From an uncultured Kiritimatiellota bacterium (GTDB lineage Bacteria; Verrucomicrobiota; Kiritimatiellia; RFP12; UBA1067), in contig CAKTUI010000008.1 of the NCBI GenBank assembly GCA_934621385.1, forward strand, positions 2,455 through 66,454: a stretch of DNA of 64,000 nt. Direction: 5' to 3'. Of this stretch, positions 38,242-46,727 are shown in pieces. The stretch's first letter is position 1, and every line of letters begins with the position of its first letter. Under the pieces are notes generated by a model. It was not told the DNA's origin and ran no database searches. It was given only the letters and a program-made list of their open reading frames with translations. Position numbers and translations under genes: made by a program.

Positions 38242-38362
38242 TAATCCACTTCCCCTGTGCGCAACAAAAGGCGCAGAAACTGCACATATAATGAGTCAGC
38301 AAGAAACGGAAAGACCGCTGGTGTTTCGCAGAAAGTGCCGCGCACGCGTCAGATTGTCGGGG

Positions 38363-38443
38363 GATGCGCATCTCCCGACCTTTGGGTTGCGCAAGTCGAC
38401 ATCCTTAGGTTGCGCAACCTAACACCCCCGGGATGCGCATCCC
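38363..38443. promoter_or_regulatory. Array of four TGCGCA-centred palindromes spaced 20-24 bp apart
   Basis: GATGCGCATC (38363-38372), TTGCGCAA (38387-38394), AGGTTGCGCAACCT (38407-38420), GGGATGCGCATCCC (38430-38443). Confidence 0.45.
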
Positions 38444-38715
38444 CCGCCCCTCCCCTTCGCCTTCGAAGGACGCATGGTCGTCTTTTGCCCTATCACCCAA
38501 ACCAACCGGGAAAACAAGCCATTATCAGTCAAATGCAAAGTGCCGCGCCTTCACAACGCATGCGCGGCGGTTTGAGACTTGGAACAAACGGTCATCTCGC
38601 GCCCAAAGCGGGAGGTGGCCGATGCGCAACCTGGAACTTCATGCCGTCCTAACTGGAACTCGTGCGAGTTGCAAGTCCAACTCCCAAAAGTCCCACGCTC
38701 AGAAGTGCCGCGAAC

Positions 38716-40041
38716 TCACTTGCCGACGCAGAAATGCGAGAACAGCGAATCCAACAGGTCGCTCGAATAAGTCGCCCCAATGAGGCGACCCAGTGTTTCC
38801 GCACACGAACGAACCGCATTCGCCAACAGCACAAGGTCGTCCCCAAGACTTTCTGTCCCTACCAGCGCGGCAGATGCGGACTGCAAAAGCGACATTTCAC
38901 GCTCACTCGTGCTGACAAGTCCATCTGTTGCACCACCGGCAAGCGATTCCAGTCGTCCCACAATCGCTCGCTTCAGCTTCTCAAGCCCCTCCCCCGTCAC
39001 AGAACTGACGCGGAGTGCCGCGCTCGCATCCTCGTGCGGATGCAAATCACACTTGGAACTGATTCGCAGAACCTTTTCCCTATCCAAAACCGCCGCTCCC
39101 GAACCGTGTGTAGCCGCCTCCGCCATCTCCGAATCCGAAAGAAGAAGGACGATGTCCGCACGCGCAACGAGTGCCTCGGCCCGCTTCACGCCCTCGGCTT
39201 CGATGTCATCCCCCGTTTCACGCAGGCCCGCCGTGTCCACGAGGCGGATGGGCCATCCGTCGAGGTCGAGTCCCTCCTCAATTGAATCACGCGTTGTGCC
39301 CGGGGTTGACGAGACAATGGCGCGGCAGTCACCCAAGAGCGCATTCATGAGGGAACTCTTGCCCGCATTCGGCGGACCGGCCAAGACCACCAACGCACCT
39401 TCCCGCAGCAGGCGACCTCCACGAGCCCCTTTCTGCGCGTCGGCAATGGCGCGGGTCAGCGCCCCTGCCTCACGCCTCACGCCGTCCCAAAAATCCGTCG
39501 GCAGTTCCTCCTCCGAGATGTCGAGGGCGTGTTCAAGTGTCGTCGAAAGTGAGAGTGCTCGGTCGTAAAGGACGCGGTATTCCGTCCGCTTGGCACCATT
39601 CAGCCGCGCCAGCGCATCATCCGCCGCACGGTCGGTCTTCGCATCGACGAGTTCAATGACGCTTTCGGCCTCCGACAGGTCAAGTTTCCCATTGAGGAAG
39701 GCTCGTTCGGTAAATTCGCCGCGCCGCGCCAGTCGTGCCCCCGCTGCGAAACAGGCCTCCAAAATGCGCTGCGGCGTCACGCTTCCACCATGGCACTGGA
39801 ATTCGACGACATCCTCTCCCGTATAGGAATGAGGGCTACGAAAGGCGAGAACGACAGCCGAATCGAGCAGATGACCCGCCGAATCGTGCAACGCGGCATA
39901 GGCGATACGCCCGGGTGTCGGGGGCCGCCCGGAGAGCGCCCGCGCGACCTCAAAAGCCTCGGGACCGCTCACCCGAACAACGGCAATGCCACCGCGCCCA
40001 GGCGCAGTGGCAATTGCCGCGATTGTTCGAATCTCGTCCAT
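38716..40041 (-). CDS. mnmE: tRNA modification GTPase MnmE
   Basis: 441 aa. [21 protein letters not shown]-terminus, G-domain [10 protein letters not shown] / DTAGLR, and the C-terminal CVGK motif. Confidence 0.9.
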   Translation of the reverse strand: MDEIRTIAAIATAPGRGGIAVVRVSGPEAFEVARALSGRPPTPGRIAYAALHDSAGHLLDSAVVLAFRSPHSYTGEDVVEFQCHGGSVTPQRILEACFAAGARLARRGEFTERAFLNGKLDLSEAESVIELVDAKTDRAADDALARLNGAKRTEYRVLYDRALSLSTTLEHALDISEEELPTDFWDGVRREAGALTRAIADAQKGARGGRLLREGALVVLAGPPNAGKSSLMNALLGDCRAIVSSTPGTTRDSIEEGLDLDGWPIRLVDTAGLRETGDDIEAEGVKRAEALVARADIVLLLSDSEMAEAATHGSGAAVLDREKVLRISSKCDLHPHEDASAALRVSSVTGEGLEKLKRAIVGRLESLAGGATDGLVSTSEREMSLLQSASAALVGTESLGDDLVLLANAVRSCAETLGRLIGATYSSDLLDSLFSHFCVGK

Positions 40042-40056
40042 CTGGGGGCGAACCCC

Positions 40057-42387
40057 TTACTTGATGGCGCGGAAGAACTTGCGCATCTCGTCCGCCGTCT
40101 TGCAGGCCGCCAGACGACGATAACCGTCATCATCGCGCAAAATGCGCGAGATGCAGGCCATCAGCTGCAGATAAGGCATCTGCTCCGCATCATTCGCCAG
40201 CGTCAGGACGATGATTTCGACGGGGCTCTTGTCAATCGTCTCGTAGTCGGCGATGCAGCCGCCGGCCGTCCCCGAATTGTCCACGATTGCAACGGCTCCG
40301 ACAATCCCTTGGACGCTCGCATCGCGTCCGTGCGGTACGGCGATGCCGTGGTCGAGCCCCGTGGGCATGGACTTCTCGCGGCGCATCACGGAGGCCGTGG
40401 CAGCCGCGACATCCTTCACGTGATTCGGGCACGTCTTCGCAATTTCCGCGACAATCTTCGCAATCGCCTCCTCCTTCGTCGCGGCGCGGAAGGACGGCAA
40501 CATCACGAAGGCCTGCAGATAGCGGCGCACATTCCGGGGACTCTTCTTCACCTTGCACTCGTCCGACGAGGCCTCCTCGGGTTCCGTTCGGATGGGTTTG
40601 GCAATCGCACGGGCCAGGTCGTTCATCTGGCTCGCGACCTCCATCCAGGCCGTCATCACCATCGCCTCCTCGGCTGGTGTGCACTGGACATAAATCTTGT
40701 TTTCCTCGCGGCGGATGGCGATTTCCATCGCATTCATCGTCACTTCCCAAATCTCGCCCTCCTGCGAGAGAAGGGACGTGAAGAAGCCTTCCGAACGGAA
40801 CTCCGCAACGAGTTTCTCCATCACGTATTCCGCAACATCCGCCGAACTCAACGCGAAGCTGATTTCACGCGAACCGGACTGGTTGGGACGGGGATGCCGC
40901 ACGCCACGGGCGGAAGAGCGGAACAGCCCGACGAGTGCAGGCGGCGCAACCACCGTCGTGATGAGCGTCATCATAATGCCGATGCCGAAGACCTCGGCGC
41001 TCAGAATCGGCCGACCGTTGACCATGGTCGAGACACCGATGCCGGCGATGATGAGGGCGACCTCACCACGCGGAATCATGCCCGCACCCACACGAAGAGC
41101 ACCGCGCAGGTTGAAGCCGCAGAAAAGCGAGGGAATTGCACAACCGATAATCTTCGCCAAAACGGCCAAACCCGTGTAAATTGCGCCAAATTCGAGCACA
41201 GGGCGCGAGCACAGGGCGCGGCAGTCGACCATCATACCCATCACGCAGAAGAAGATCGGCACGAGGAAGGTATAGACGGGCTGGAGATTCTCCTGGGTGA
41301 TGTACTTGAGGTCCGTCCGGCTCAGGGCAAGGCCAATGACGTAGGCACCAATGATGAGCGTCAGGCCCATGGCCTCGAAAAGTCCCGCAATCACGAGCGA
41401 AAGCCCGAATGCCAGCGTGGCAATCGCAACATGGCTCTTGAAGAGCTTGAGAAGCCACGAAATGCGCCGCGCAAAGAGGACACCAAGCACCGTGCCACCC
41501 AACCAAATGCCGAAGGCCTTCATTGCCACCATGCCGATGGCCGCCCATTCGATGCCCTGCTTCGCACCTTCGCCGGACTTCGCCTGCGCGGCGATGATGC
41601 CCATGCCAATCGCCAGCACGATGATGCCGAGCACGTCGTCAATCACGGCACCCGCCATGATCGTCACGCCCTCCTCCGTATCCATCTTGCGCCGTTCGGA
41701 GAGAATTCGCGCCGTAATGCCGACCGAGGTCGCCGTGCACATAATGCCCATGAACATCGGCGCAGGATCCATAATCGCCTTGACCAGACTCACCGACGCA
41801 TCGGTTGCCAAGTAGCCGAATGTCGCTGGCATGAACTTCGGCAACAGGTAGACCGCACAGAGATCGCCGAAGAGGAAGCTCGCCACAACGCCGCCAATGC
41901 CCACCAGCGACCCGGCGAACGCAAACTTGAGGAACATCTTCAAGTTCGTCTCGATACCCGACAAAAACAGCAGAACTACGCTTGCAATTGTGCAGATACC
42001 ATAAAGTTCGGGCGTCACCGCAAACGGCGCATTGCCGGTCGACTGGGCGATGAGTTCGAGTTCACCACCCCTGAACAGTCCGTACTTGAAAAGTCCCTCG
42101 CCAAAGCCGATGCCACCGAGGCACCACGGACCAATCAAAATACCAGCGCCCAACTCACCCAAAACGGACGGCAACTTGAAGAGAGAGGCCACCATGCCAC
42201 CCAGTTTTGCCGCGAAAAGAATGAGGCCGATTTGTAGCGCAAGAAGCGTCATTTTGTGCGCCAAAGGAAGCTCCTCCGGCTTAAAAGTGTCACTTACGGC
42301 ACCTGCCGCGCCTGTCACCTCATCAGCAAAAACACCCGCCGCAGCCAAAATGACTGCGCCCACCAAAAACATTTTCCTGTTTTTCAT
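40057..42387 (-). CDS. Cation:proton antiporter (CPA family) fused to a C-terminal PTS EIIA type-2 domain
   Basis: About 12 transmembrane helices of the Na+/H+-exchanger type. The C-terminal ~150 aa (GLDHGIAVPHGRD...) is EIIA(Ntr/Fru)-like. Start set to MKNRKMFLVGAV (ATG at 42387); the tracked start is a TTG. Confidence 0.75.
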   Translation of the reverse strand: MKNRKMFLVGAVILAAAGVFADEVTGAAGAVSDTFKPEELPLAHKMTLLALQIGLILFAAKLGGMVASLFKLPSVLGELGAGILIGPWCLGGIGFGEGLFKYGLFRGGELELIAQSTGNAPFAVTPELYGICTIASVVLLFLSGIETNLKMFLKFAFAGSLVGIGGVVASFLFGDLCAVYLLPKFMPATFGYLATDASVSLVKAIMDPAPMFMGIMCTATSVGITARILSERRKMDTEEGVTIMAGAVIDDVLGIIVLAIGMGIIAAQAKSGEGAKQGIEWAAIGMVAMKAFGIWLGGTVLGVLFARRISWLLKLFKSHVAIATLAFGLSLVIAGLFEAMGLTLIIGAYVIGLALSRTDLKYITQENLQPVYTFLVPIFFCVMGMMVDCRALCSRPVLEFGAIYTGLAVLAKIIGCAIPSLFCGFNLRGALRVGAGMIPRGEVALIIAGIGVSTMVNGRPILSAEVFGIGIMMTLITTVVAPPALVGLFRSSARGVRHPRPNQSGSREISFALSSADVAEYVMEKLVAEFRSEGFFTSLLSQEGEIWEVTMNAMEIAIRREENKIYVQCTPAEEAMVMTAWMEVASQMNDLARAIAKPIRTEPEEASSDECKVKKSPRNVRRYLQAFVMLPSFRAATKEEAIAKIVAEIAKTCPNHVKDVAAATASVMRREKSMPTGLDHGIAVPHGRDASVQGIVGAVAIVDNSGTAGGCIADYETIDKSPVEIIVLTLANDAEQMPYLQLMACISRILRDDDGYRRLAACKTADEMRKFFRAIK

Positions 42388-42576
42388 ATGGCAGAATAGT
42401 CTATCACATCCGCCGCCGAATGACAAGTACGCCGCCCGCTCGGGATCGTTCTAATGCCAGACTCCGTGAATTTTGACAAATTATAAGGAAATACGCGAAA
42501 TGTCACGAAGAACAACGATAGAGTTCGTCAACACGCAGAGGCGTTGCGTACGCCCGACTGAATGATAAGCCCAACC

Positions 42577-43533
42577 CTACAATGCCTCGTTAAGCTTCCG
42601 CGCCGCCTTGTCTGCAAGATGAGTGTAGCCAAACTTACGCAATCCAAGGACAAAGAGATCCTGTCCTGTACGGCAAGTCTCGTACAACCGCGTACGCCGC
42701 CCCTGTCGCCATTCGCCCAATCCCTTGTAATAAAACTGCCGCAACCCTTCGGCAATGATGAACGGCACATGCCCGTATTTCAGGCACTCTTTCAGCAAGA
42801 TTAAACGTCCAATGCGCCCATTGCCATCCTGGAACGGATGAATAGCCTCAAATCGAACATGGAGGTCAAGAAGCGTTTCAAAGGACTTCTCCGCCCCCTT
42901 GTACCAGGCGAGCAGTCTGGCCATCTCACGCGGGACATCCCCCACCGCACATGTCTCCATCTCGCCGACCACATTATCCAGTTTCTTGTACGCACCAACA
43001 GCAAACCAGCCCTTTCGACTGCCACTCGTGCCGCTCTTCAACTGCGCATGGAGCATCTTGACATAGCGCTCCGTCAGTGCAGCACCTGCCGATTCAATCA
43101 CAAGGTCAATGCAGCGGAAATGGTTCGCCGTTTCCACAATGTCGTCAACTGGAATGTCTTGGGCGAGATTGCCCACCATCTGCGTCTCAAATATCCAGCG
43201 CGTCTGCTCATGCGTCAGGCGACTGCCCTCCATATGGTTCGTATTGTAAGTGAAGTCAATCTGCAACCGATGGTAGAGTCCGCCAGGTATGCGCCCGCGC
43301 TTCTCGGCCTTGAGAGCCGCCCAGATGGTTGACGGCACACTCTTGGCACGGGGTTTACGCGGCGGACGCACCGCATCTGTCGGAATCTGCCACGCCTTCC
43401 CTTGAAGGTTGACACCGGGAACCGCCCCCCGTTCGCAGTAAAGTTGGACGCTACGCGGTGTCACGCCCCACTTCTTCGCGGCCTCCGCGACAGTCATATA
43501 CCTTCTCTTACGAGCCTCAAATTGACAAGCCAT
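42577..43533 (-). CDS. Fic/DOC-family protein with an N-terminal HTH
   Basis: Fic motif HPFQDGNGRIGR. N-terminus MTVAEAAKKWGVTPRSVQLYCERG resembles a MerR/excisionase-type HTH. The alternative start is at 43497. Confidence 0.85.
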   Translation of the reverse strand: MACQFEARKRRYMTVAEAAKKWGVTPRSVQLYCERGAVPGVNLQGKAWQIPTDAVRPPRKPRAKSVPSTIWAALKAEKRGRIPGGLYHRLQIDFTYNTNHMEGSRLTHEQTRWIFETQMVGNLAQDIPVDDIVETANHFRCIDLVIESAGAALTERYVKMLHAQLKSGTSGSRKGWFAVGAYKKLDNVVGEMETCAVGDVPREMARLLAWYKGAEKSFETLLDLHVRFEAIHPFQDGNGRIGRLILLKECLKYGHVPFIIAEGLRQFYYKGLGEWRQGRRTRLYETCRTGQDLFVLGLRKFGYTHLADKAARKLNEAL

Positions 43534-43539
43534 GCGAAA

Positions 43540-43548
43540 ATTATATCA
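43540..43548 (-). promoter_or_regulatory. Extended -10 promoter TGATATAAT, 6 nt from the first Fic ATG (leaderless candidate)
   Basis: Plus-strand attatatca. The ATG is at 43533. Confidence 0.4.
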
Positions 43549-43715
43549 TATTTTCACCCCTCAGTTTTACGGACATAACTTTCGCTTCAGCATCAGCAAT
43601 GATAAAATCAGACGGGGCAACTGGAAGGAAAGGATGGAGCGGCATAGAAGAGCGAGCCATGTCCTCCGAATCACCTACCTGCCCACATAAAAATGCGCGG
43701 CATCCATCCACGGGC

Positions 43716-44843
43716 TCACCGCGCCCGACGACGCAAGATGCTTCTTAACGCACCCAGTATCGCATCCTCATCCCATTGCGTATTTTCAAGTCCAAACGTA
43801 ATGCGGATCGTGGACTCGGCAATCGCCTTCGGCACCCTAATCGCCTTGAGAACATGAGATACCTGCGTATTCTTCGAGTCACAGGCGGCACCCGTCGAAA
43901 CCGCGATACCCTTCATATCCAGAATATGCATCACTCCCTCAGCCGAATTGCCCGGAAACGCAACACTCACAAACCCCGGCAATCGTTTTGCGTCCGTTCC
44001 ACCAAGATAGACCACATTGGGAAAGAACGACCTCATCCCTTTGCAAAATCTTTCAGCAAGCCTATTCAGATGGACTGTATTCCTTGCCATATTTTCGCAG
44101 TTATACCGCAGAGCCGTTGCCATGCCGACGATTGATGCAACATTTTCCGTTCCCGCGCGAAGGCCGTTCTCTTGTTGCCCGCCATTTAGCAACGGTTCGA
44201 GTTTCATGCCCTTGCGAATATAGAGGAATCCGATGCCCTTGGGACCATTGAACTTATGTGCGCTCGCAGACAGAAAATCAACCCCCGCTTCCTGCACATC
44301 AATCGGGATGTGACCGACTGCCTGAACTGCATCGGTATGGAACAACGCTCCACGTTTATGTGCGAACTCTGAAAGCAAATGAATTGGATTGATTGTGCCT
44401 ATCTCGTTGTTGGCCATCATCACAGAGACAAGTCCAATCCCAGCCGTCCAGACCTTTGAAAGCCGCTCCGGCATGATGTACCCGCCACCATTACCAACTT
44501 TGGGGCGGACAAATATCACCTCGCGGCCTTTACGCGCTTCGCTTGCGGCGGCGTTTAGAATTGCGTGATGTTCATATGACGAAACAAGCAACCCGCCAGA
44601 AGAGCCCTTAATCACCCAATTGTCCGCTTCAGTACCACCACTCGTAAAGAATATCTCATCTGGTTCGGCATTGATACACTCGGCAATCGTCGCTCTCGCA
44701 TCCGCGACCGCCTTTTTCGCCGGTCTCGCCCATCCATGCAGACTTGACGGATTTCCGAAATCCTCCTTCAAGAATGGAAGCATCGCCTCCAACGCCTCTG
44801 GCATCAGAGGTGTTGTCGCGGCATGGTCGGCATAAACTTTCAT
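43716..44843 (-). CDS. Cysteine desulfurase (class V aminotransferase; NifS/IscS/DndA/SspA-like)
   Basis: PLP-lysine motif SAHKFNGPKGIGFLY and active-site Cys loop STGAACDS. Its ATG overlaps the stop of the upstream small ORF (ATGA). G+C is about 40-57% on sampled lines. Confidence 0.85.
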   Translation of the reverse strand: MKVYADHAATTPLMPEALEAMLPFLKEDFGNPSSLHGWARPAKKAVADARATIAECINAEPDEIFFTSGGTEADNWVIKGSSGGLLVSSYEHHAILNAAASEARKGREVIFVRPKVGNGGGYIMPERLSKVWTAGIGLVSVMMANNEIGTINPIHLLSEFAHKRGALFHTDAVQAVGHIPIDVQEAGVDFLSASAHKFNGPKGIGFLYIRKGMKLEPLLNGGQQENGLRAGTENVASIVGMATALRYNCENMARNTVHLNRLAERFCKGMRSFFPNVVYLGGTDAKRLPGFVSVAFPGNSAEGVMHILDMKGIAVSTGAACDSKNTQVSHVLKAIRVPKAIAESTIRITFGLENTQWDEDAILGALRSILRRRAR

Positions 44844-45370
44844 TGGTAAAATCCTTGATACATTCCCAATCCAATTTCTTCTTCAAGCAAATCGGAAATA
44901 CGTTGTTCAACATCCTGTGGGTAATGTGATACTGCCCATCGAAACATTCTACACGTATAAAAACTTTCAGGGAGTTGTCGAACAAATACTTCTGGTATAT
45001 CTTCTTCCGACGGCACATACTCGAATATGCCGCCTGTTACATCTATCTTCCAGTTCTCAAACTCCCAGTGATCTGTTGCTCCTTCACGTGGCAGAACAGC
45101 TATGTGTACATTGTGTGGATAATTTTGATGCTTCGCATAGCCATTCTTGGATACGCCACAGATATAGATGGCATCCCACGAATCTTGTGGAAATTCATCC
45201 ATGACAATCGTTTGTCCAGGCAAAAACTCTTTGTTAAGACGCGAGAACCGTTTGGAGTACTTACCCTTGATTGCGTTTGTGCAATGGTGCATAGGGTTGC
45301 ATCCATGAGCATACTTGGCGTACAGCCACATGAACTTGCTGCCATCGAAATTGTGAGTTAGCCGTATCAT
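44840..45370 (-). CDS. Hypothetical protein (176 aa)
   Basis: An uninterrupted ORF with ATGA overlaps at both ends. Very AT-rich. No motif recognised. Confidence 0.55.
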   Translation of the reverse strand: MIRLTHNFDGSKFMWLYAKYAHGCNPMHHCTNAIKGKYSKRFSRLNKEFLPGQTIVMDEFPQDSWDAIYICGVSKNGYAKHQNYPHNVHIAVLPREGATDHWEFENWKIDVTGGIFEYVPSEEDIPEVFVRQLPESFYTCRMFRWAVSHYPQDVEQRISDLLEEEIGLGMYQGFYQ

Positions 45371-45975
45371 TGGTTGCCATTCTTTGGAGGTTCTGGCGTA
45401 TAGAAAACAAGTCCTTCGCCTTGCTCGTTAAGCAATGAACAAGCTTCGTCTAACGTCTCATTATCGATATCATTCCATGTGTTCAAGTCTTGAAACTTGT
45501 CCATTAGGAAATGTTCGATGCCTGTGTAAGTTGTAAAGAAATGGATTTCATAGAAATTGCAAACGGGTATTAGGTTGATGAACCCATATAAGGAATTATT
45601 GACTTTATTTTCTATGCAATAAACAATGTCCTTTTTTACACTTGAAATATCGACAAATCTAGTCTCTTGACCATGCAGTTGTTTGGCAAATTCATCGTAA
45701 TCATTAAATAGACTCTCAATAGTCGCCAATGAAGTGCCTGCGACGCAATCCCAAAATGAAGTACTATTTACTACTTTTTGCAGAATTTCGCGAGCTATTT
45801 GGTCATTGATTCCGTTAAAACGATATAGAGGAAAGTCGGGAAAATTCCCCAATTCCACCCATATTCCCGATGAATCCATAACAGTAAATTGAACACCCAT
45901 ATCATAAGTTTTGATGATGTTGCCAATCGTCGGCTTTATTCTCGAAAGTAGATTGATTTTTTGCTCTCGTGTCAT
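45367..45975 (-). CDS. Hypothetical protein (202 aa)
   Basis: The start MTREQKINLL is preceded by GGAGGTG. No motif recognised. Confidence 0.55.
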   Translation of the reverse strand: MTREQKINLLSRIKPTIGNIIKTYDMGVQFTVMDSSGIWVELGNFPDFPLYRFNGINDQIAREILQKVVNSTSFWDCVAGTSLATIESLFNDYDEFAKQLHGQETRFVDISSVKKDIVYCIENKVNNSLYGFINLIPVCNFYEIHFFTTYTGIEHFLMDKFQDLNTWNDIDNETLDEACSLLNEQGEGLVFYTPEPPKNGNQ

Positions 45976-45979
45976 CTTA

Positions 45980-46504
45980 TTACACCTCCGCCACCCACGC
46001 TGGAATTGAATATGATTGCCCTGTTGTGGCAAGTAATTGCAAGGCCGCACCTATCCTATGATTCCCATCCAAGACATGGAATCGTCCCATTACAGGATAA
46101 ACAGCGACAGGGAGCTGATAGGTCCCGCTACGCTGAAGAATGGCGATGTGGTATTCCGTACTCTTTCTACAATAGTCATAATCGTATGTAGGATGTCTAA
46201 AGAATAACGTACCGTTATAATTTTGAAGCAGCCCATCGATGTCCGCTAAAGATTGTTGGGTTATATTGAATATGCTTGGTATGAATGATGCAGTTCGCCA
46301 TTTACAGGACGATTGCTCATGTAAGGACACTACAGAGAATATTCTATGCCAGGGCGTGTTGTATGTGAAATCCATGCATGAGTGAAATGGCCAATTGCCC
46401 ATGTCGTTAATGAGAGCCCTTATATACATATCGAACAACTGGTCTGGCATCCTTGAAAAGATGCCGCGCGCAACTGCTATATGCCGTTCTAAATGGTTGT
46501 CCAT
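45980..46504 (-). CDS. Hypothetical protein with a C-terminal ParB/Srx-like DGxHR motif
   Basis: QLPVAVYPVMGRFHVLDGNHRIGAALQLL resembles the ParB N-terminal / DGQHR-type (DndB-related) fold signature. Confidence 0.5.
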   Translation of the reverse strand: MDNHLERHIAVARGIFSRMPDQLFDMYIRALINDMGNWPFHSCMDFTYNTPWHRIFSVVSLHEQSSCKWRTASFIPSIFNITQQSLADIDGLLQNYNGTLFFRHPTYDYDYCRKSTEYHIAILQRSGTYQLPVAVYPVMGRFHVLDGNHRIGAALQLLATTGQSYSIPAWVAEV

Positions 46505-46521
46505 TACAAGTTCCCAATTAT

Positions 46522-46725
46522 TTATATGAACAGCTTGCAGCCTTGGGCCTTGAACTCTTCAATTTTTGCGAGGAGGTCTTCAACGGTCACACCAAGGTTC
46601 TCGGCGAGACACGGGAGGCAAAAGAACTTGGAAACATTCTCGCCAAGTAGTTTCTTGTTCAGACCGACGGCATCCCTGTCGGCCTCTCCTCCACATCCGA
46701 AGCATCTCTCTACTCGTTGTGGCAC
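46522..46725 (-). CDS. Small zinc-ribbon-like protein (67 aa)
   Basis: A CFGCGG ... FFCLPCL pair of CxxC motifs. The GTG start is preceded by AAGGAGG, 2 nt after the brxL stop. Confidence 0.5.
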   Translation of the reverse strand: MPQRVERCFGCGGEADRDAVGLNKKLLGENVSKFFCLPCLAENLGVTVEDLLAKIEEFKAQGCKLFI

Positions 46726-46727
46726 TC

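Larger units (their letters stand above)
38091..38712 (-). repeat. Repeat module R1: promoter-leader cassette, homologous to 58912-59325, with an extra ~195-bp insertion (38344-38536)
   Basis: Hand alignment with R2 gives roughly 80% identity over ~410 shared nt. Shared blocks include caaaagccttgatt, the G tract, gcgcaagattttgcgcc, aactaagcccgacccca, caatagtttaccataat, cgcagaaagtgccgcgc, cttcacaacg..tgcgcggcggttt and aactggaactcgtgcgagttgcaagtccaactc. Confidence 0.75.

Noticed and set aside
38329-38343. aaagtgccgcgc as a specific regulatory motif. It occurs three times in R1, once in R2 and once, inverted, in R3.
   Set aside because: Near-identical strings also occur inside coding regions (about 211-220 and 21945-21955), and the sequence is part of a common GC-rich hairpin family. 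On its own it is not significant.
38091-38712. R1/R2 as a template/variable repeat pair of a diversity-generating retroelement.
   Set aside because: The differences are not confined to adenine positions, neither copy lies at the 3' end of a target gene, and no reverse transcriptase is present in the window.
42480-42506. A possible sigma-70 promoter (GTGACA, 15-nt spacer, TATAAT on the minus strand) for the antiporter-mnmE unit.
   Set aside because: The 15-nt spacer is too short for a canonical promoter and there is no extended TG. The evidence is not strong enough to list.
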